A DNA stretch of 57,646 nt, filler included, from Trichosphaerium sp. ATCC 40318 (lineage: Eukaryota > Protista > Tubulinea), in NCBI GenBank assembly GCA_038496445.1. It is 3 parts of 3 records of this genome, joined end to end, with 100 filler letters (N's around TTAATTAATTAA, not from the genome) between each part and the next. Parts side by side here need not be neighbours in the genome. Positions count along the whole stretch, not along the records: positions 44,966 to 57,646 come from JALMLS010000112.1; 2 more parts are not named here. The stretch is one strand, 5' to 3'. The notes beneath the pieces are model-generated. The model was not told where the DNA came from. It saw only the letters and a program-made list of their open reading frames with translations, and searched no databases. Below, piece after piece: positions 51,258 to 57,646 of this stretch. Numbering within the stretch: the first letter of the stretch is position 1; every line of letters begins with the position of its first letter. A program made the translations under genes and the position numbers.

Positions 51258-53785
51258 ATCACGTGCGTGATAAATTATGTTTACGCCTGAATTAAAAGAA
51301 AAAATAGGTTAAAAAACGTACACTGAATAAATCAATAGTGCCAGCAAAAATTCGATTACAAACGCCACTTGAAGAAAAGAAGTCCTAAAGAAAAAAGTTA
51401 ACCAAACGCTAACAAAAGGTAAGTACGTACTCTTGTAAAACTAGTTTCATCTGAAGCTATGGTAACTAGCAAGTGATTTGTAGCACTGAACAGTTCTTCA
51501 TATGTGAATTTTAGCTTATTGGCATAAGCATGTGTTACATCTGGGAAAGGAAAACCGGCACCCAAGTTACTAAGAACCTTAAACAAAAAGATGAGTATTA
51601 AAAATAGACAAGAACTGGTACTGTACCTTTTGTCTAGAAGCAAGAGAAAATACACTAGCTCTATTCTTACTAATCTTTTGTGTAAAAAAACCTTTGCGGT
51701 ATCGTTAAGGCTTATAATTGCTCCAGGAGGGCGAACTCCAAAAAAAACGTTATGAAGCATTTAAAGGATACTGCGGATCTTGCTTTCGGTTACAGCAATA
51801 AGGTCATGCTTTCCTGCTAGTTCAAGCTTAAGGCATATTATTAGCAAGTTTTAACAACAGTAAATTAAATGTATAAGTACATGAAGCTTAGAGATGTGAC
51901 GAATGTAGTTTGTCTTAAAATACTGAGTGTATATCTTATCAGTAATAGCAATGTACTCCGACAATATCTATTGAAGAAATTAAACCACGAAACAAGGAAC
52001 GAAATACAAAAACAAGTAAAGCTTCAAGGCGAGTTTCATAGACTTAGAGAGCGCCTTTTGGAAACGCGAAAAAATAAGGAAAAAACACATCTAAAAAAAA
52101 CGTACAGCAGAAGCTGCCACTTTCTTGTGTCGTGCAAGGAACTTAAAAATATAATTCATCTCTGATAAGTTTGCTTGTGCTCTCCTTAATTCCTCCAAGT
52201 TTGTTGTACCTTGTAACAAATTTTGTCTGACCCACTTTTCAATACGTATACAAGTCTACAAAAAAAGTAAACAAAAAAAAACAGAAGCAAACCTTTCAAA
52301 ACTTATTGGATTTTTTTCTCAGCATCACGTGACTGTTTAGTAAAAATTGTAAACGGTATCATTTACGACGTTGTTAGTAATGAGTCACGATTTAACGAAC
52401 CTTTTCTGTGAGTATTGTAATACGCCTAGATAGGCCATCTACAGAGCGTATTTTTTTACCTTTAATAGCTTTATAATAAGATACTTTTTGTGCAAATAAA
52501 ACTAGCCATTGACTAAACTCTGCATTGATAGGAAAATTCTCAACAGCGCTAAATACAACATGTTAATTACACAGACATTCATATATTTAAAAAAAAAACA
52601 ACAATTGTGTGCTACGCACTTCAGTAGATTCTCTGGCATATTGATCTCATTAACAAATCTACTGATATCTTTTTGAACCTCCTAGAAATGTATACATTAT
52701 GACAAGGTAATCGTAAATAACGTTGATAAAATACAAATAGTTGCATAAGTACTGTCAAGCGTAGTTCTACAACGGATTGACGCCAAAACAGTAAAAATCA
52801 AATATTGTACTTAAAACAGAATAAAAAAATCAGATTTGAATATTCACCGTACTTGTCTATTACTCAAACGTTTCTCACTTTCTCTTGCGCTTTCTTGCAT
52901 ATATTTTATATCCGCAGATATTGTGCTAAGATCTTTTTGAAAACCAGCTGTCACGTGTCAAAATGTCATAAAAATACAAAAAAAAAAATGAATGCTCAAA
53001 AACGCTGTGTTTTAACCCTAGTTTTCAAATAAAACACCAAGCTTTACTTACCCATAATTGTTTCCATCTGACCAAGTATATCGTCACAGTCACCCATATC
53101 AATATACAACTTCGCCATTTCCTCTCTCTGTGAGAAATCTAGTTGTTAAGGCTAGTAACAAAGACAATTCGTCCGATTTTTTGGAATGCTTGAAAAAAAG
53201 AAATTTGGTTGTTTTGGATACAGTCATCAACCGATTGTTTTTGTGTTTGTGCCAAACGATCAGATATTTGTTGTGTGTACGATTTAAGGTCGTTTATCTA
53301 AAAACAATGAGCGGACATTTTAGAAAATAGCCAAACCTCGTTTAACGCCTCTTTTACGAGTGGGTCATTCATAAACTGAGCGATATAGCCACCGTCAAGA
53401 TCTACGTGTTAACAAAACAGTTAGATACTAGAAAATTTTCTCTCTGTCAACCTTTAAGGTCATCTGCGATATTTGTACTCGTAAAATCGAGGTTGCCAAA
53501 CTCTAACTCGTTTATATCCTAAAAACCACGTCAATCGAAGGCATAAGCGTGTATTTGTACGATTTGGTCCTTTTGACTGGTTTCGCGTCTTAATTCAGTT
53601 TCTTCGTCACTATCGTCGTTTGCGAGCACTGAATCTTTACCAATTAGCTTAGACAACTGCTCACTGAGATGTTTCTGCTGATTGGGTGAAGTGCCAAGTA
53701 ACATGTTTCTAGCCACATCTTCTTCCTTGTTATGAGGTAGATCAATCTCCTCATCTGTTGTATTATTATCAGTAAATGCGCTCAT
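51258..53785 (-). pseudogene. VPS52: Second, shorter Vps52-like copy ending in an intron at the duplication breakpoint
   Basis: Same exons as the left copy up to ...GTIDLFS; lacks the SYDAIG exon. Confidence 0.75.
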
Positions 53786-54376
53786 GGCGTTGAGGCCAAA
53801 CGAGGAAACAATAGCTCAAACTTAATCGCTAGTTAAGTTAAGGCACAACTGTGGTTGGAATCTCTCACCTATATTATACAAGTTAACAATACTTGATATT
53901 CGTAGTTGGTTGTTATTTGTATTTGATTATTTTTCTTTTGACAACACGTGCAACAAGTTAAGTAGCAAAGTCAGATATGATTGCTTGTTTCTTTATTAGC
54001 AAGGTCTGAAAATTGCACAAGGAAGAACACTGGCCTCTTGGAATAATACAATCTCATCGAAAATTACCTTTTCTTTTTCGTCAACAGGAGGTTTAAACTT
54101 TGATGTGATAGGAACCTACAACATGTGGTTAGAATAGATTCCTCTAATATATTACTAACCCAGTGAGAATCATGACTTCCAACATTAGACTTTCCCATTA
54201 ATCCGTCATCCTTGAAGTCCTTATGTATTACAGGATAAGGATGACCTAATGCGCATATTGCAAGAAGCAATACAGGGTTTTCTTTAAGCAGTCAGTACAA
54301 TGATTGTTCATTTTAGCTTACTATGGTTTTTTCTGTATACCCTCCATGCATATTCTGCTTGAGGAGTACCGTACAT
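51258..54376 (-). repeat. Right arm of the inverted duplication
   Basis: Reverse complement of 44966-48078, with scattered substitutions and small indels mainly in the inner half. Confidence 0.95.
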
Positions 54377-54423
54377 GCCTTTACCATACCAACCTTCATC
54401 TAACCGCTGCAGAGAAGCGAATC
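53996..54423 (-). CDS. PARP/ART-like catalytic domain, C-terminal exons; upstream exons not identified
   Basis: GFASLQRLDEGWYGKGMYGTPQAEYA...LGHPYP...HDSH...DEIVLF, a PARP-type pattern. Confidence 0.65.
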
Positions 54424-55651
54424 CTGTACAACCATTCAATGAGCGCTTTCTTTATCATCGTAGTACTGTTTAGCCATTGTTGATGAGTTGGTTTATCGGG
54501 TTTCTTGCACGATACAACCAATGTAGATACGCGCAGATAGTCAAAATCGTTCACGGTATTTTTCCAAACACAAAGTTTCCTTGTACTCACTGCTCTCTAA
54601 GTGCCTATATCGCTATGTGCAGGAGTTTTGTAGCTCCTGAGGGTAAAATTATCTCTGTACGTCTTATTGGCCCCACTGGGAAAAAAGTGCATGTGTATGG
54701 TCGTAATGGCTCCAAACCATTGCCAGTACGCTGTAAACATCCAAAAAAACTATCTCCGGAAATTTTGAAGGAGTCTGTACGTAGGGAAACGAAATAGTTC
54801 TATTTATTCTGTTTGTGCAAACTGAATTAGTTGTTTGTACGTCAAGATCACTTTGTGCATACTAAAAATGTTGTATGAGCTCACGTACACGGCAAACGCC
54901 AAAGTAACTTTTATTTGTAAAAGCGTTTTTTTTGAGCTATTATTTTCGGTCATTTCGCGTAATCAAAACTATTTGGTGACGTTTCTCATGCGTAAGTAAT
55001 GTGGTTGGGAGGAACTTTGCTTGTTTTATAGTGTAAACTCTACCTTTTGTACTGACACACTCCAATTACATGTACATTAGCTAATAGAATGGTTTTAAGG
55101 AATTACAGGTCATTTGTTGTACGAGAGTACGAGACTTTTGGTTTTCACGTAACTGGTAACAAAAACCTAAATCAGGCACAAGTCACTTTTACTCCCCAAA
55201 ATTGTACCATCACAAGGTACACGTTATAAATAACATTAGTAACGATTCTTTGTGCCATGTACAATTAAAAACCCAAACTAGAAACAAAAGGACGTGTATT
55301 AAGCATTTTTAGATGCGTTTAGGGCAGTAGGGATGCAAAAATAGTGTTTCTTTTATCGTTGAACTGATCTTTGTTTATCGCTGTGTGCTGGGCGGAAAAC
55401 GTACAGTGACAACGTAACATGGGATGTAAAACATATGTAGTGTATGCAGGGTTCACAAAACAAGGAGCTTTGTGTGTACGAGCGTTGGACTTTGGGTGGA
55501 TATTGCAAAAAGAATTTGCCTATCCGCCAGAATCTACAACCAATGGTATCGCATTGTTAAGTCACGTGCAGAGATTTAGGCCGTTTAGTTTTTAACGCTT
55601 TCGCAGTTGCAACTGACCGAAAAAAAAGTTGATAGCAATGAATGTGAATGT

Positions 55652-57088
55652 TTATTGGCCTATTTTAATTGCAGCACTACACAGTCCACCAGAGCAATAT
55701 TTGCAAGTAGCTTGATCGCAATCAGTATCAACAACACAGTGTGAATTACATGGGAGACCAACAGAGCACCTAGAGCTTACACATCTAACACAAATTGTTA
55801 CAATACACCTTGGTTGATATTAGTGACAGTACTTGGAACACTTTCCGCCACATGCATTGTTGTTAGAGCAAGGAGCACCACATTGATCGGATGGCTGACA
55901 TTTACCTTAATCAGACGTTGTTAGAATAGTATTGTATAGTTATGTAATGTTACCTTCTTTGCACTGACCACATCCAGTTAAAACTTCATAAAACCGTTTA
56001 GAAACACGTGCCATAAAATTTAAAGCTAAATAACGTACCACCGTTACAATCACTGTTAGAAGAGCATGTATCATTGCAGGCAGTAACACAATGTTGTGAG
56101 TTACAAGTAGTACAATGTCCTAAAGATAATACTTAATTTGTACCAAAACCAAGACTTGGTGACTCTCGTGACGGCCACGTGTTCTAGTTTGTCGAAAATA
56201 TTCAAGGAACTTAGTTCCTGTAGGTACCTTGATCTCTACAGTCGCTATCAATGAGACAAGTAGAGCCACAACCACCAACTTGGCATCTTTGATCGATACA
56301 TTGCTTACAAGAAGTACCTAAAGAAAAGTCAAAAAATTACAACAAAATCATCTCAACAAATACTTACCTGGGTACAAACACTGTTGCGCTGTCTCACACA
56401 CTTCACCGCATTTAGAATAGCACTTATTGTTAACACAAGAGTGACAGACGGCTAGAAATTCACAAATTAAAACAAACTTTCAAGTTTGTGAAAAAAAGAT
56501 CCGGCAGAAGTTCTTAAAACGTACATCCATAGCAGTCTAGGTCTGTATCACAGTAGCTGAAGCAGTTACCTCTTCCTTGGCACTTTGTGTTTCCAGGAGT
56601 GCCTAGAATAGCGTTAAAACATTACCATTTGAACCCCAAAGCTTTAAAAACTAGGTTCTTAGCGTACCTCTGCAAACAGGACAACTTCCGTTTTGCGCGC
56701 AGTCTGTACCGACTAAACAAGAAGAACCACATGGTAGACCAGCGCCACAACGGCCTATACAATGATTAATACGCTAATAACTTCTCTTTGGAGTATTCTA
56801 GTTGTTTTAAATGTCGTACCATTGTCAAGACACTTGGAGCAACGGTAGTCGTCTTCACAGTCTTAATAGTCGTGTTAGAGTGACAAATAAGCTAGTTTAA
56901 CCAAGTTTATGAGGTACCGTTGTTATTTGAGCAGAAGCCACCGCATCCACTCGCGTCTACGTTAACAAAAGGTTAGTTTCTCGATGGTAGTTTCTGTGTC
57001 CCACAAAAAAGTTCAATCACGTGCCTGTTGATTGAAGGGATAGTAAAGCGATTAATACTACAGCAAGGCAGGTATAATGAAGAAACAT
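55652..57088 (-). CDS. Secreted cysteine-rich repeat protein, many small exons
   Basis: Signal peptide MFLHYTCLAVVLIALLS; repeated CxxxCxxDxDC units (CFSYCDTDLDC, CGSTCLIDSDC, CNSHCVVDTDC); ends ...CSAAIKIGQ*. Confidence 0.7.
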
Positions 57089-57646
57089 GTCAAATGTAAT
57101 CTGTTTATTGTTGAAATGAGTTTAAGTAAGCTCAGTTTCTTGTTCAGCGAATTCAAGAAAGTTACTGAGGTCACAAGAGCAAGCAATTCAGTGTTGTAGG
57201 AAGTCTATTTATCGTATCACCAGGCATGCTTTTCTCCTTTAAGTTGACTCATACTCCACAATGATAGAGTTGTTGCAAGTTTAAATTAACTTCGTTTATT
57301 CTCGAACCAACAAAGAACAATTGTATCTTGAAGAATGTTCAGTGCCTGTGCTTGATTGTGCGTTTCTCAATATACCAATTGGAAGTATGCGACTCAAAGT
57401 ATTCCAGGAGTTATTGATTCATGCTTAAAGGATTGAACTTAGGTTTATTACAAATACAATCCGGCATTCAAAAAGACATATCAATCTTGCTTATACAGTT
57501 AGATTTATGAACAAAATACAAAGCATCTCCATGCCATATTGGACTTAGTATGTTAACAATGCCAACCATTGGAATCTTTACCAAATCTTTTGTCTCAATG
57601 AACAAACAATACAAGCTATGATCATTGTAATGCGTTTCTTTATCAT

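Noticed and set aside
51203-51322. In-frame Vps52-ZNFX1 fusion gene
   Set aside because: The Vps52 donor is phase 0; splicing to the nearest ZNFX1 acceptor gives GGC TTC TAA, an immediate stop.
57100-57646. Coding-like minus-strand sequence at the window end
   Set aside because: Multiple stops in every frame and no recognisable family; possibly a pseudogene but unsupported.

Overview
AT-rich, intron-dense eukaryotic DNA (short GT-AG introns, often GTACGT/GTATGT donors; gene content resembles amoeboid protists, which is an inference). It consists of three contigs joined by artificial N44-TTAATTAATTAA-N44 linkers (23260-23359, 44866-44965). Contig 1 has one end of a hAT-like transposon, two secreted/surface protein genes, three RCC1-propeller + SAM-like paralogs with near-identical scaffolds but hypervariable loops, a repeat + PD-(D/E)XK nuclease-like gene, a Frizzled-like GPCR and an F-box/WD40 gene. 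Contig 2 has an NPF-motif gene, a stand-alone CaMKII hub-domain gene head-to-head with XPNPEP3/Icp55, a type I membrane protein and an F-box-LRR/MORN cluster. It also holds the main find: a complete 7858-bp Sola-type DNA transposon (25-bp TIRs, ACTT target-site duplication). The element carries a DDD transposase with a chromodomain-like insertion and a convergent, spliced accessory gene. The two genes stop on one shared TTAA, and each hides a ~34-bp-periodic array of the palindrome AAAACGATATCGTTTT in its only long intron. Contig 3 is a ~3.1-kb inverted duplication (PARP-like fragment + truncated Vps52) around a truncated ZNFX1-like helicase, followed by a Cys-rich secreted protein. CACGTG is about tenfold over-represented and marks the duplication breakpoint. 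Exon boundaries were read by eye and are approximate.
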